The notes: generated by a model not told the origin, from the letters alone. A stretch of 64,000 nucleotides of DNA from Desulfobaccales bacterium (GCA_052139855.1 JBKQVS010000045.1:657-64656); one strand, 5' to 3'. Shown: positions 17,437 to 27,929, counted from the first letter of the stretch. Program-made: numbers and translations.

Positions 17437-17572
17437 AGGCACTTTTGGCAAGGGCTATATATGAAATTGCCTTTAGAGGGATGATCGGCGCAGGTTTTAG
17501 CCGGCCGGCGCTGGGGCGGGAAAGCCGGCGCCATCGGTGGGGTTGCGACCTGGCGGCAGGGATCGCCGGGGA

Positions 17573-18490
17573 TTATGGCGACTTGGGCACGGTGACGGTG
17601 ACGGTGGCGGGGAGGGCGCGCACCAGGCTGACGCCAACGGGCAAGTCTAGGGAGACGTTGAGACGGTGGTGGCCGGGGGACAGGTTCCGGATATCCACCC
17701 GGGGCTTGAGGTCTTCGGGCTTGAGGTTATGGACCAGGGGCCAGAGGCCTTTAAGGGTGAGGGCGATTTGGGCCGGTGAGACTTTGGCGGCCTGGGGATC
17801 GGTCAAGACGGGAATCCCGGGAAAGGTCCGGGTCAGGTCTTTGGGGCCGATCTTGATGTCGGCCAGGATGGGGACCGGATCTTTCAGGGCCAGGTGAAGG
17901 TTCTTGAAGTCCAAATCCGTGGCGATAACGGTGTTTTCCTTGAGGAAGGACAGATCAATGGGGAGGGTGGGGATAAATTTCAGGTCGGCCAGTTCCTGAT
18001 AAGGGCCCCTCACGGTCACCTGGTCTGGGCGGGTGTTGGCGCTCACGAGCTCGTAGCCCTCGGCGGGGCTATTTTCCAGGGCCGGTTTGACGGGCAGGGT
18101 CCGGGTCAGGGTGGAGGCCAGGGTCAGGGAGATGGGGTTGGGCTGGATGCGGACCACCTGAACCCCCCGGGGCAGGGAGAGGCTGTTGGGGCCGAGGGAG
18201 AAGGTGTGGCGGCCGCTTTTATAACCGCTGAGGTCCAGGGTTTGGATGAGGCGGGCCTGGGAGAGACTATTGATAATGGAGCGGGAGCCGACGACCCGAA
18301 CCTGAATGGCGGGAGGGACCTCGCTGGTGACCATGAGATTCTTGTGCAGATTGACCATTTCGAGGGTCATGTTGAGGGAGGTCTCGGTGCGCTCCTCACC
18401 GCTGACGGCAAACCAGAGGGCGAGGGCCAGCAGGAGTGAAAGGAGTTTCAGAAACCTATTGCGTTTTAAAGTGCCGAACCAGTTTGTCAA
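17573..18490 (-). CDS. cdaR: YbbR-domain protein (CdaR-like regulator of diadenylate cyclase)
   Basis: 305 aa with an N-terminal membrane anchor and repeated YbbR-like beta-rich modules. It overlaps the 3' end of cdaA. Confidence 0.75.
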   Translation of the reverse strand: MTNWFGTLKRNRFLKLLSLLLALALWFAVSGEERTETSLNMTLEMVNLHKNLMVTSEVPPAIQVRVVGSRSIINSLSQARLIQTLDLSGYKSGRHTFSLGPNSLSLPRGVQVVRIQPNPISLTLASTLTRTLPVKPALENSPAEGYELVSANTRPDQVTVRGPYQELADLKFIPTLPIDLSFLKENTVIATDLDFKNLHLALKDPVPILADIKIGPKDLTRTFPGIPVLTDPQAAKVSPAQIALTLKGLWPLVHNLKPEDLKPRVDIRNLSPGHHRLNVSLDLPVGVSLVRALPATVTVTVPKSP

Positions 18491-19259
18491 TCCAGTTTCC
18501 TCGGTTATTGGCCGGGGTCTCCAGGAGGTCCCGGAGGGCCTGACGCAATTGCAGAAGGGTAAGATCGCGTCTCAGTTTGCCCGCATGGGCCAGGGAGATC
18601 TGTCCGGAGGTCTCGGAGACCACCAGGGCCAAGGCGTCGCTTTGTTCGGTGATGCCCACCGCGGCCCGATGGCGGGTGCCCAGGGTGGGATCCAGGTTGG
18701 GGTTACGGGACAGGGGCAAGAGGCAGCCGGCGGCCACGGCCCGGTCCCCTTGAAGAATAACGGCGCCGTCATGGGTGGGGTTGTGGGGCCAGAAGAGCGT
18801 AATCAGCAGCTCTTTGGTGACCAGGGCGTCCAACCGGATGGCCCCTTCGAGAAAATCCGACAGGCCGATATAGCGCTCCATGACAATGAGGGCGCCGACG
18901 GAGCGACCGGCCATAGTGTCGACGGCCTCGCAGACTTCCTCAACGGTGACCGGGGCGTCGATGCCGCCCGGGGCCAGGGCCTTTTTGCCCATGCGACTGA
19001 GAACCCGGCGGATGTCGGCCTGGAAGAGAATGATGATAATCAGCACAAAGCTTTTGACGATGATATCCAGGAGCCATTCGAGGGTAAAGAATCCCAATTG
19101 CCGGGCCACCAGATAAGCGAGAAACAGGAGGAAGAGCCCGGCCAGGACCGGGATGGCCTGGGTGCCGCGCAGGATCAGCACCACCTGGTAAATGATGATG
19201 GCGACCAGGATGATGTCGACACCATCCTGCCAGCGCAGATTGCTTAGAAATTGCAGCAT
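18456..19259 (-). CDS. cdaA: Diadenylate cyclase (membrane-anchored, CdaA type)
   Basis: 267 aa with three N-terminal helices and DAC-domain motifs (DGAVIL, LGTRHRAAVGITEQSDALALVVSETSGQISLA). Confidence 0.9.
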   Translation of the reverse strand: MLQFLSNLRWQDGVDIILVAIIIYQVVLILRGTQAIPVLAGLFLLFLAYLVARQLGFFTLEWLLDIIVKSFVLIIIILFQADIRRVLSRMGKKALAPGGIDAPVTVEEVCEAVDTMAGRSVGALIVMERYIGLSDFLEGAIRLDALVTKELLITLFWPHNPTHDGAVILQGDRAVAAGCLLPLSRNPNLDPTLGTRHRAAVGITEQSDALALVVSETSGQISLAHAGKLRRDLTLLQLRQALRDLLETPANNRGNWIDKLVRHFKTQ

Positions 19260-19538
19260 GGCGGGGGCGAGGGCGCATCCTTTCCGGAGCTGTCAGATAA
19301 TCCGGAGGCGAAGGGTTTTATACTGACCGAATCGCAATCAAACGAGTGGCTCAGGCTGAGACCTGAGGCCGCCAATAAGAACTTGTGGCCGGCACATCCG
19401 TTTGGGGCCCCGTTGGTCTTCTCCAACCTTAGGCTTAGAAGGGGCCAGGCCAGGAAACGTTAAGCGCGTCAGTTAAAAAATGCAACGGCTGCCTGCTGGC
19501 GTGGAGCCGGAAGTTTAAGTATTTAAACAGGTTAGTTA

Positions 19539-19568
19539 AAATCCCCCCTACCCCCCTTTTTCAAAGGG
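19539..19568. repeat. REP-like element sharing a 30-nt identical core with 40939-40968
   Basis: AAATCCCCCCTACCCCCCTTTTTCAAAGGG is identical at both sites and contains the hairpin CCCCCCTTT-TTC-AAAGGG. Confidence 0.7.
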
Positions 19569-19654
19569 CGGAGTGACTGCGAAAGCTTATGTTGCGGTGC
19601 CTCTGAGATCCTTCGCTTGGCTCAGGATGACCCAAAAAACCGTTTTTCAGCGGC

Positions 19655-20551
19655 CTAACCGGGAACCGCTCCCGCCGGGGCAGGGCTAATGGCCTGCAGC
19701 ACGGCCAGAAACTGGCGGGCATAGGCGACGTTGTGGGTGCGGATGATACGCGCCCCGCGCAGGACCGCCACGGCCATGGCCGCCAGGGTGCCGATATCCC
19801 GTTCTTCGCCGGCGGGGAGGTCCAGGATATGCCCAATGAAGGCTTTCCGGGAGGGCCCCAGCATCAGGGGACAGCCCAAATCCAGAAAGACGTCCAGATG
19901 GTTCAAGACCTCGAGGTTGTGTTGGCCGGTTTTGCCGAAACCGATACCGGGGTCCAGGACCAGGGACTCAGGCGCGAGGCCCCGGGAGGCGGCGAAATCC
20001 AGCCGTTCCCGGAAAAAATCCCTGATTTCTCCCAGCAGGTCGTGGTAGTGAGGCCGGTGCTGCATATCCCTGGGGGTGCCCTGCATGTGCATCAGGACCA
20101 CTGGGGCCTTAAGCTCGGCGGCCAGGGGGGCCATATCCGGGTCGAAGCGCAGAGCGCTGATATCATTGATGATGGCGGCGCCGGCTTCGAGGGCGGCCCG
20201 GGCTACCTTCGCCTTGTAGGTATCGATGGAGATGGGGACGGTGATTTCCGGGGCAATGGCCTCGATGACCGGCAAGACGCGGCGCAGTTCCTCATCGAGA
20301 GAAACGGGATCGGCAAAGGGGCGGGTGGATTCGCCGCCGATGTCCAGGATGTCGGCGCCGGCCACCACCAGGGCCCGGGCCTGGGCCAGGGCGGCGTCAG
20401 GGTCGAAAAAGCGGCCGCCGTCGGCAAAAGAATCGGGGGTGACGTTGAGCACCCCCATGACCAGAGGGCGAGGCAGCGTGAGAAGCGCCGCCCAGATATG
20501 GCGGCGCTCCGGAGTCTCCACCAGGCCGGAGGGATGGGTCAGGCCCGGCAT
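19655..20551 (-). CDS. folP: Dihydropteroate synthase
   Basis: 298 aa with the motifs VMGVLNVTPDSFADGG and DIGGESTRP. Confidence 0.92.
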   Translation of the reverse strand: MPGLTHPSGLVETPERRHIWAALLTLPRPLVMGVLNVTPDSFADGGRFFDPDAALAQARALVVAGADILDIGGESTRPFADPVSLDEELRRVLPVIEAIAPEITVPISIDTYKAKVARAALEAGAAIINDISALRFDPDMAPLAAELKAPVVLMHMQGTPRDMQHRPHYHDLLGEIRDFFRERLDFAASRGLAPESLVLDPGIGFGKTGQHNLEVLNHLDVFLDLGCPLMLGPSRKAFIGHILDLPAGEERDIGTLAAMAVAVLRGARIIRTHNVAYARQFLAVLQAISPAPAGAVPG

Positions 20552-20553
20552 GG

Positions 20554-22419
20554 TTACGCCTGTTGGAGGCCAAGCGGCAGTTGGGGCGAGATGGGCGCGG
20601 GTTCTTCGAGATCCTGGAAAGAGTTCAATATCCGGTCGATTTCGGCGCTGTCCAGGGTTTCCTTTTCCAGGAGGGCCTGGGCCAGGGCTTCCAGTTGGGC
20701 CCGATGCGTGGTCAGCAGATTCTTGGCTTGATCGTGAGCGTTGAGGACCAGATTCTTGATGGCATGGTCGATGACCCGGGCGGTTTCATCACTGAAATCT
20801 TTGGCCTGGGAGATCTCGCGGCCCAAAAAGATGTGTTCATCCCGCTTGCCGAAGGTAACGGGGCCCAACTCGTCGCTCATGCCCCAATTGCACACCATCT
20901 TGCGGGCCAGGTCGGTGGCCCGTTCCAGGTCGTTGCCGGCGCCGGTGGTGAAATGCTGGAAGACCAATTCTTCGGCAGCCCGGCCCCCCAACAAGACCGT
21001 CAGGACATCGACGAGATACTCTTTGGGGTAGGTGTGCCGTTCATCCAGGGGTAGTTGCTGGGTGAGCCCCAAGGCCCGGCCCCGGGGAATGATGGTGACC
21101 TTGTGGATGGGGTCGGCGCCCGGGGTGCATTTGGCCACCAGGGTATGACCGGCCTCGTGATAGGCGGTGTTGAGGCGTTCGCGCTCAGTCAAAATGAGAC
21201 TGCGGCGCTCGGTGCCCATGAGGACCTTATCTTTGGCCTCCTCGAAGTCGGGCATGGTGAGGGAGTCACTGCCGCGCCGGGCCGCGAAGAGGGCGGCTTC
21301 GTTGGCCAGGTTCTCGAGGTCGGCGCCGGAAAATCCGGGGGTGCCCCGGGCCAGGATGGAGAGGTCGACGGAGTCGGCCAGGGGAGTGCGGCGGGTATGG
21401 ACCTTGAGGATGGCTTCCCGCCCCTTAAGGTCGGGGATGGGGACGACCACCTGACGGTCGAAGCGGCCGGGCCGCAGCAGGGCCGGGTCCAGGACGTCCG
21501 GGCGGTTGGTGGCGGCGATGAGGATAACGCCTTCATTGGCCTCAAAGCCGTCCATCTCGACCAGGAGCTGGTTCAAGGTCTGCTCGCGCTCATCGTGGCC
21601 GCCACCCAGGCCGGCGCCGCGGTGACGGCCCACGGCGTCAATTTCATCGATGAAGATGATACACGGGGCGCTCTTTTTGCCCTGGATGAACAGGTCGCGC
21701 ACCCGGGCGGCGCCGACACCCACGAACATCTCGACGAAATCGGAGCCGCTGATACTGAAGAAGGGCACCCCGGCTTCGCCGGCGATGGCCCGGGCCAGGA
21801 GGGTTTTACCGGTGCCCGGGGCGCCCACCAGGAGAACGCCTTTGGGGATGCGGCCGCCGAGCCGGGTGAACTTCTTGGGATCCTTGAGGAAATCGATGAT
21901 TTCCGACACTTCTTCTTTAGCTTCCTCGATGCCGGCCACGTCACTGAAGGTGATCTTAACGGTGGATTCGGTCATGAGGCGGGCCCGGCTCTTGCCGAAG
22001 GACATGGCTTTACCGCCGCCGGATTGCATCTGGCGCATGAAGAAGATCCAGATGCCCACCAGGACCAGCATGGGCAGCCAGGAGACCAGCAGGGTGGTGT
22101 ACCAGGGAGAATCATCCTTGGGCTTGGCGGTGATCTCCACCTTTTTGGACTGGAGGAGCTTGATCAGATCCGGGTCAGTGGGGGCGTAGCTCTTGAAGGC
22201 CTTGCCTTCTTCCATTTCGCCGGTGATTTCATCGCCCTGGAGCGTGACCTTCTGGACTTTGTCGGCTTTGACCAGTTCGATGAATTTGCTGTAATTGATG
22301 GTGGCCTTGCCCCGGGCGTGTTCGACGCTGTTGAAGTAGTTAAACAGGAAGATCATTACCAGGGTAATGAGCAGCCACAGGGCGATGTTCTTGTAAAATG
22401 GGCTCAAACGGTTATTCAT
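20554..22419 (-). CDS. ftsH: ATP-dependent zinc metalloprotease FtsH
   Basis: Walker A GAPGTGKT, the SRH region, and the HEAGH zinc site. The track ORF extends to 22458, but the ATG at 22419 ([17 protein letters not shown]) is the more typical start. Confidence 0.95.
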   Translation of the reverse strand: MNNRLSPFYKNIALWLLITLVMIFLFNYFNSVEHARGKATINYSKFIELVKADKVQKVTLQGDEITGEMEEGKAFKSYAPTDPDLIKLLQSKKVEITAKPKDDSPWYTTLLVSWLPMLVLVGIWIFFMRQMQSGGGKAMSFGKSRARLMTESTVKITFSDVAGIEEAKEEVSEIIDFLKDPKKFTRLGGRIPKGVLLVGAPGTGKTLLARAIAGEAGVPFFSISGSDFVEMFVGVGAARVRDLFIQGKKSAPCIIFIDEIDAVGRHRGAGLGGGHDEREQTLNQLLVEMDGFEANEGVILIAATNRPDVLDPALLRPGRFDRQVVVPIPDLKGREAILKVHTRRTPLADSVDLSILARGTPGFSGADLENLANEAALFAARRGSDSLTMPDFEEAKDKVLMGTERRSLILTERERLNTAYHEAGHTLVAKCTPGADPIHKVTIIPRGRALGLTQQLPLDERHTYPKEYLVDVLTVLLGGRAAEELVFQHFTTGAGNDLERATDLARKMVCNWGMSDELGPVTFGKRDEHIFLGREISQAKDFSDETARVIDHAIKNLVLNAHDQAKNLLTTHRAQLEALAQALLEKETLDSAEIDRILNSFQDLEEPAPISPQLPLGLQQA

Positions 22420-22765
22420 AGGGTCCTTAGAGGCAGTCAAACGCCATAGATATATCAATTATATCGATTTCACCATGCAATAGTTTACGTCTCATGAGGG
22501 AAAAATGCAAGGTGAATTGTGCGGTTGGCTTAATTCCGGCGGGAGAGGCGGAAACGGGGCCTTAGATCCGGCGCTCTCCCCTTCCGGGGGCAATGGCCGG
22601 GCTGAGGGCGTGGGGGCGCGGTGAGGACGGGAGCAAAAAAGGGGTTCCGCCCTATCCCCCCTTGGGCAGAGGGGAGATAGGGGGAATTTTCTCAGGGTTC
22701 AGGCTCAAAAAGTAATCTCTTTCCTGCTCCGATTCATCATGAAGCAGGCGGTGGTGCCGGCGGGG

Positions 22766-22951
22766 CTAAAACTTCTCGCCCGGCAGCAGACTGGCCAGGC
22801 TCTCCCGGGGGATGCGCCAGGGGCCGCAGCCCCACTTGATGCCGGGAATCCGGCCGTCACGGATCATCCGGTAAACGGTGCGGCGGGAGACAACCAGGAT
22901 CGCCGCGGCCTCATCGGGCCGAAAAAAGCGCTTTTTGTGTAATAATTCCAT
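22766..22951 (-). CDS. Excisionase-family (AlpA/MerR-like) HTH protein
   Basis: 61 aa. RPDEAAAILVVSRRTVYRMIRDGRIPGIKWG is an HTH of the excisionase family pattern. Confidence 0.6.
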   Translation of the reverse strand: MELLHKKRFFRPDEAAAILVVSRRTVYRMIRDGRIPGIKWGCGPWRIPRESLASLLPGEKF

Positions 22952-23644
22952 GTTTTAGCCTCCCTGCGGTTGCAGATTTCCCTTCCTTGAGGGTCTGGTA
23001 AATTTGAATGCAAGGGGCAAGCCAGATTTTCATAAGGGCAAGTTTTTCGCTGGGTGCGCCTCACGCACCAATTTCACCAAGGTATAGGCGGACCGTCCTC
23101 ACCCGACACCTTTCTCCATGGTTGTGCGCGGGCCGACGGCTCAGGCGCGACTGGTCCCACCCGTTCAGATAAAAGTGTGCATGCACACCCTCCCTGCAAT
23201 CCCAAGTTGTCAAAGGCAGCAGCCGGCCAGGTCTTATCCACCCCTAAATTAAGGGGGCTTTGGGTTAATTGCCCTAGAGATTGCCGAATCCCTCTAGACT
23301 GATTGCCCTGCACCTGCCGTGCTTCGTCCGCCCGGGCCGGAAAGCCGGCCGGGGCGGTTGCGGCCCGCGTCCGGCGTGATTGTTTCCTGGTCATGCTACA
23401 GAACCCGAGATTTGCCGCCTGCCCCCGCGCAGGGGGAAGGCCGCTAAGTTAAGCAGGGCTTACCTCAGCGGCCCGGAGCCCCGGGGAACTGTTGCTTCAG
23501 TCTTATTTTTCCGGTAAAGGGCTTGGGGCGTTTCCGGCGGCAGGCCGAAGCAAGATATGGGACAGGAGCGGACAGGTGTCTTCCGGGTTGCACGAATCTT
23601 GAATTGGGACAGAGCAACTGCGTCAGAGAAGGGAGGGAACAGCA

Positions 23645-23818
23645 ATGGCCCAAGAACGCCTGATGAGGCCCAGGGAAGTGGCCCACCGCCTGGCGGTGTC
23701 CCGCTCCACGGTGTACCGCTGGTTTTGGGAAGGCAAGCTCAAGGGGATCAAGATCACCGGAGGCACGGTCAGAATCCTGGAGAGCGCGGTCCGGGATAAG
23801 ATGGCCGAGGTTTATTAA
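23645..23818 (+). CDS. Excisionase-family HTH protein, paralogue of 22766..22951 (below the ORF-track length cutoff)
   Basis: Hand translation gives MAQERLMRPREVAHRLAVSRSTVYRWFWEGKLKGIKITGGTVRILESAVRDKMAEVY, with GGAGGGAA upstream of the ATG. Confidence 0.55.
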   Translation: MAQERLMRPREVAHRLAVSRSTVYRWFWEGKLKGIKITGGTVRILESAVRDKMAEVY

Positions 23819-24060
23819 GGGGAACCGGAAATTTTCGGCCCGGGCCAGGCCCGAGTGAGGCAAAGAAAAGGCGGCGGCGCCGCCGGGACAGAGGGAGTCC
23901 ACGATAGAGGTCAAAACGACCCGGCAAGACGTTGTCAAGGTGAGGTCAGACGCGGGGGCAGGAATAGTTGACACCGGCTGAGAGGAGGGATCGGGGCTGA
24001 GTGACAACCGTTCCAGGCGTGCTGGAGACTGAATGGATTATTGCGTATATCCAGGCAAAC

Positions 24061-24531
24061 ATGGCGGGGATAACCAAAAGGACTAAGAAAGGAAAACGCG
24101 ATCTTTATGGAGAGGATGCCCAATCACTCTACCTGGCCGGCAAGGACTTAGAAGAGATTCAGGAGTTGCTGCCGGTGGCCCTGGCCACTTTGAAGCGGTG
24201 GCACCGGGAAGAGAGATGGGAAGAAAAACGGCGGCAGGTAACGGTATGCTCCCGGTGGCTGGGAGAGGCCTTGAAGGGGGTCCTGAGGGAGAAGGCCGGG
24301 CGGCTCATTGTCAGGGGCGACCTGAAACCGCAGGAGCTGGATGAAATCACCAAGATTGTGACGCTCCTGGACCGCCTGTGCAGCCAGGGATGGGATATGC
24401 GGGCTGCGGCCCTGGAAGTGATGGACCGATTCATTCAGTATTTACGGGGGTGGGTGCAGGACCCGGAGGAACTGAAGCAGATTTCGTACCGGGTGCAGGA
24501 GTTTTTCCGGCAATTGGAGGAGGAGTCCTGA
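24061..24531 (+). CDS. Terminase small subunit, Mu gp27-like
   Basis: HTH-like N-terminus (LYLAGKDLEEIQELLPVALATLKRWHREERW), sited directly upstream of the large terminase. The track ORF starts at GTG 24001. Confidence 0.6.
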   Translation: MAGITKRTKKGKRDLYGEDAQSLYLAGKDLEEIQELLPVALATLKRWHREERWEEKRRQVTVCSRWLGEALKGVLREKAGRLIVRGDLKPQELDEITKIVTLLDRLCSQGWDMRAAALEVMDRFIQYLRGWVQDPEELKQISYRVQEFFRQLEEES

Positions 24532-24645
24532 GCCCGGATACCGCGAGGGCGGGGCGCATGGCGCCCACCAGCACGTCACGGTGAAACACGGATGGTTTTT
24601 TGACGGCGGGCAGAGAGGCCCGCCCCACCGGCACAAGGACGTACC

Positions 24646-26172
24646 ATGAACTTGAACAAGAAGTTGACCAAGAGCGAGTTTCGCCAGCGGGCCGATAAGA
24701 TCCTGATGCGTCTGTCGCTAGAAGTGATGCCCTTCTGGGACGACAGTGCAGAAAAGCACCAACAACGGCTGGAGCGGGCCGCAGGTGATCCCCTGTATTT
24801 CTGCCGCACCTATCTGCCGCACTACTTCGCCCACGGCCCGGCGCCCTTTCACCATGAGCTGGTGCGGCTGCTGGAGGAGCGGCACGAAGAGGTGGTGACG
24901 CCCACGGCGGTGGCCGCCCCCCGGGAGTTCGCCAAAACCACAGTGTGCTCCTTCGGCTACGTCCTCCATCAGATTTGTTTCCGGCGGCGGCATTTCATCC
25001 TGATCGGCAGCGACACCGAAGACCTGGCCTCGGATCTCACCGGCTACATCTACCTGGAGCTGCTCTATAACGAGCGGCTGCACCAGGATTTCGGGGAACT
25101 GGCCAAAGGCAATAAGTCGGTGAACGATTTTGTGACCTTGAACGACATCCGGGTTAAGGCCCGGGGCCGGGGGCAGCGCCTCCGGGGCCTCAAGCACAAG
25201 CAGTGGCGGCCGGACCTGGTCATCCTGGACGACCTGGAGAATGACGCCAACGTGCGGAATCCGGAAATCGTCCAATCCATCCTGGACTGGGTGAAATCGG
25301 CAGTCTATCCCGCGGTGGATGCCCGGGGCACCCTGATGGTCATCGGCACCATTCTGCGGTGGCACAGCGCCCTGCACGTGATGCTGACCAGCCTGGATGA
25401 ACCCTACTGCAATTTCCAGCGGCGGATTTACCGGGCCTACCAGGATGACGGGTCGTCATTGTGGGAGGCCCGGCACCCGGTGAGCCGGCTGAAGCTGCAA
25501 AAGCAGCTGATGGGCACCGTGGCCTTCAACCGGGAGAAGATGAATGAACCGGCGCCGGACGGCGGCTTTTTCCAGGAGGACTGGATTCACTACTACCATC
25601 CCGACAGTTTGAAAGACCGGGACCTGGTGGTAACGGGTTTTTTCGATCCCTCCCTGGAGACCGGGGCCACCGCGGATTACAAGGCTTTTGTGACGGTGGG
25701 CTGGGACCGCAGGGAAATGGTGTTTTACGTGATGGACGCGGTCATCCAGAAGACCACTTTGGATCAGATTATGCGCACCATTTTCAACCGGCACCGGCAA
25801 TTCGGCTATCAAGTGGTGGGGGTGGAAGACAACCTGTTTCAGCGTCTCCTGCTCAAGGAGTTCGACCGGATCGGGGTGGAGCGCAGCCAAGTGCTGCCCC
25901 TTAAAGGGGTGACCCACCGCATCGCCAAGGAGACCCGGGTAGCCGGGCTGTCACCGCTGTTGGAGCGGGGCAAGATTCGCTTTATCCGGGGGCATTCGGA
26001 CCAGGAACTCCTGGTGGAGCAGTTGCTCTTCTTCCCGTCGCGGACCCTGCACGACGATGGCCCGGACGCCCTGGAAGGGGCGGTCGGTCTGGCGCGGGGC
26101 CTGCCGACGGGAGAGGCGCCGCGCTATATCCCGGTGAAGCCGCGCCTGTTCCAGAGCCGGGGAGCATTTTAG
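24646..26172 (+). CDS. Terminase large subunit
   Basis: 508 aa with a Walker-A-like PREFAKTT, Walker B LVILDDLEND and a C-terminal nuclease motif (HDDGPDALEGAV). Confidence 0.85.
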   Translation: MNLNKKLTKSEFRQRADKILMRLSLEVMPFWDDSAEKHQQRLERAAGDPLYFCRTYLPHYFAHGPAPFHHELVRLLEERHEEVVTPTAVAAPREFAKTTVCSFGYVLHQICFRRRHFILIGSDTEDLASDLTGYIYLELLYNERLHQDFGELAKGNKSVNDFVTLNDIRVKARGRGQRLRGLKHKQWRPDLVILDDLENDANVRNPEIVQSILDWVKSAVYPAVDARGTLMVIGTILRWHSALHVMLTSLDEPYCNFQRRIYRAYQDDGSSLWEARHPVSRLKLQKQLMGTVAFNREKMNEPAPDGGFFQEDWIHYYHPDSLKDRDLVVTGFFDPSLETGATADYKAFVTVGWDRREMVFYVMDAVIQKTTLDQIMRTIFNRHRQFGYQVVGVEDNLFQRLLLKEFDRIGVERSQVLPLKGVTHRIAKETRVAGLSPLLERGKIRFIRGHSDQELLVEQLLFFPSRTLHDDGPDALEGAVGLARGLPTGEAPRYIPVKPRLFQSRGAF

Positions 26173-26177
26173 GTGGA

Positions 26178-26226
26178 GTGAGCGGTGAGCAGTGAGCGGT
26201 AAGCAGTGAGCAGTAAGCGGTGAGCA
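26178..26226 (+). repeat. Seven tandem heptamers GT[G/A]AGC[G/A]
   Basis: GTGAGCG GTGAGCA GTGAGCG GTAAGCA GTGAGCA GTAAGCG GTGAGCA, starting 6 nt after the terminase stop. Confidence 0.8.
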
Positions 26227-26295
26227 GAAAGACAAAATTGACCAACCGTTGTCTGGACACCGCGCCCAGCTCGCGGCGAATGGTTAGGAGAGACT

Positions 26296-27531
26296 ATGGG
26301 GCTGAAAGATTTATTCGGGAGGATGTTTAAAGAGACGGTGCGGCCGGAGACCCGGGAGTTGTCGGCGGTGAGCCTGGCAGAACGCTGGAGCAGCTACCCC
26401 AGTGCGGGGCTGACTCCGCACCGCCTGGCGGGAATCTTCCGGGAGGCGGACCAAGGCAATGTTTATCGCCAGATGGAGCTGTTCGAGGAAATGGAGGAGA
26501 AGGACGCGCACCTGACGGCGATTCTCCAGACCCGGAAAATGGCGGTATTGGGCAAGGACTATGAGGTGATGCCCTATGCCAATACCCCGGAAGATGCAGA
26601 GATTGCGGCGCGGGTGGGGGAGATGGTCTACGGCATCCCCGGACTGGAGGAGGCCCTCCTGGACCTGCTGGACGCCATCGGCAAAGGGTTTGCCCTGTGC
26701 GAGATCCTCTGGGAGGTGACGGGTGGCCAGGCCCGGGTTTCGGAGTTGCGGTGGATTCCCCAGAAGAAAGTGACCTTCGGGGAAGACTGGAAGCCCCGCC
26801 TGCTGACTCCCGAGGCCAGTTGGCAAGGGATTCTGCCCCCGGTCTGGAAGGCGATCTACCACCGCTACCGGGCCAGAAGCGGCCATGCGACGCGGGCGGG
26901 AGTGCTCAGGGTGGTGGGCTGGATGTATTTGCTGAAGAATTTTGCCTTGAAGGATTGGGCGGCGTTCAACGAGGTGTTCGGGATGCCGCTCAGGCTGGGG
27001 AAGTATGACAGCACCGCCTCGCCGGCGGACCGGGAGGCCCTGGTGCAGGCCATCCGGAACCTGGGCTCCGACGCCGCAGGGGTGATCAGCAAGTCCACAG
27101 AGATCGAATTTGTGGAGGCCACCTCCCGGTCGGGGGGCGCCAACCCGTACCAGCTCATGGCGGATTTTTGCAACCGGGAGATGTCCAAGGCGGTTTTGGG
27201 CCAGACCCTGACGACGGATACCACGGGGTCCACGGGGACGTTTGCCGCGGCCAGCGTGCACGCCGAGGTGCGCCGGGACCTGGTGGAAGCCGACGCCCAG
27301 GCCCTGGCGGCCACCTTGCGGGAACAACTGCTGCGGCCCCTGGTGGGATTCAACTTCGGCTGGGACAAGCCGGTGCCCTGGTTCCGCTTCAGGTTTGAAG
27401 CGGAAGAGGACCTCAAGACCTTGTCCATGGTTTACCGGAACCTGGCGGCCATGGGCGTGCCCCTGGACATGGAGCACGTGGCGGAGCGTTTCGGCATCCC
27501 CCTGGCGGGGGCCGGCGGGAAGGGGAGCTGA
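26296..27531 (+). CDS. Portal protein, Mu gp29-like (DUF935 type)
   Basis: 411 aa. The N-terminal block LAGIFREADQGNVYRQMELFEEMEEKDAHLTAILQTRK is characteristic of Mu-type portals, and the gene lies after the terminase. Confidence 0.8.
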   Translation: MGLKDLFGRMFKETVRPETRELSAVSLAERWSSYPSAGLTPHRLAGIFREADQGNVYRQMELFEEMEEKDAHLTAILQTRKMAVLGKDYEVMPYANTPEDAEIAARVGEMVYGIPGLEEALLDLLDAIGKGFALCEILWEVTGGQARVSELRWIPQKKVTFGEDWKPRLLTPEASWQGILPPVWKAIYHRYRARSGHATRAGVLRVVGWMYLLKNFALKDWAAFNEVFGMPLRLGKYDSTASPADREALVQAIRNLGSDAAGVISKSTEIEFVEATSRSGGANPYQLMADFCNREMSKAVLGQTLTTDTTGSTGTFAAASVHAEVRRDLVEADAQALAATLREQLLRPLVGFNFGWDKPVPWFRFRFEAEEDLKTLSMVYRNLAAMGVPLDMEHVAERFGIPLAGAGGKGS

Positions 27532-27584
27532 CTGAGGTGGTGAGGGACACGAGGCATCGAATCATATTAAGGAGGAAGGGGCTG

Positions 27585-27929
27585 ATGCGGATCGGGAAGA
27601 AACTGGTGATCGCCGGAGTCATTATGGGGTTGTTGATGGGCACCATCATGGGATGCCAAACCTTGAAGAGCGCTTTCTGTTCCCCCACGGCGCAGGAGAT
27701 TGCGGATGCCACCGACTTCGTGGCCAATGCCGACTCATTATTGGCCTTCCTGAACACCCTGGCCCCCGACGCCGAGGTGACCGCGGTGATAGCCGCCCTG
27801 AAGATTGCCAAAGCCGTGTTCGATCAAATCAAGTCCGGCATCTGCGTGTCGTCGGAGCAGCAGGCCGCGGCCCAGGCCGCCATCAACGCGGGCCAAACGA
27901 TGGCCATGAAGCTGGGGTATAAGCCGTGA
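27585..27929 (+). CDS. Small lipoprotein, unknown function
   Basis: The ATG at 27585 is preceded by AGGAGGA. A signal peptide with lipobox (LLMGTIMGC) is followed by an Ala-rich helical body. The 3' end overlaps the next gene start (GTG 27926). Confidence 0.55.
   Translation: MRIGKKLVIAGVIMGLLMGTIMGCQTLKSAFCSPTAQEIADATDFVANADSLLAFLNTLAPDAEVTAVIAALKIAKAVFDQIKSGICVSSEQQAAAQAAINAGQTMAMKLGYKP

Noticed and set aside
22459-22765. Search for a tRNA/tmRNA gene or direct repeats marking phage attachment sites at the cluster borders (22.46-22.77 kb versus 47.64-47.87 kb).
   Set aside because: No T-loop or acceptor-like sequence and no shared repeat of 10 nt or more was found by eye. Absence cannot be proven without software, so this is used only as weak support for the domestication hypothesis.
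23465-24007. 180-aa and other ORFs (22864..23064, 23054..23302, 23074..23394, 23557..23799) in the region between the two HTH genes.
   Set aside because: They overlap one another in several frames, are Pro/Arg/Gly/Ser-rich and lack motifs and RBS contexts. They are treated as non-coding.
26178-26226. Tandem short repeats considered as a possible CRISPR array.
   Set aside because: The units are 7-8 nt and contiguous, with no spacers. No cas genes or 25-40-nt repeat/spacer periodicity occur anywhere in the window.
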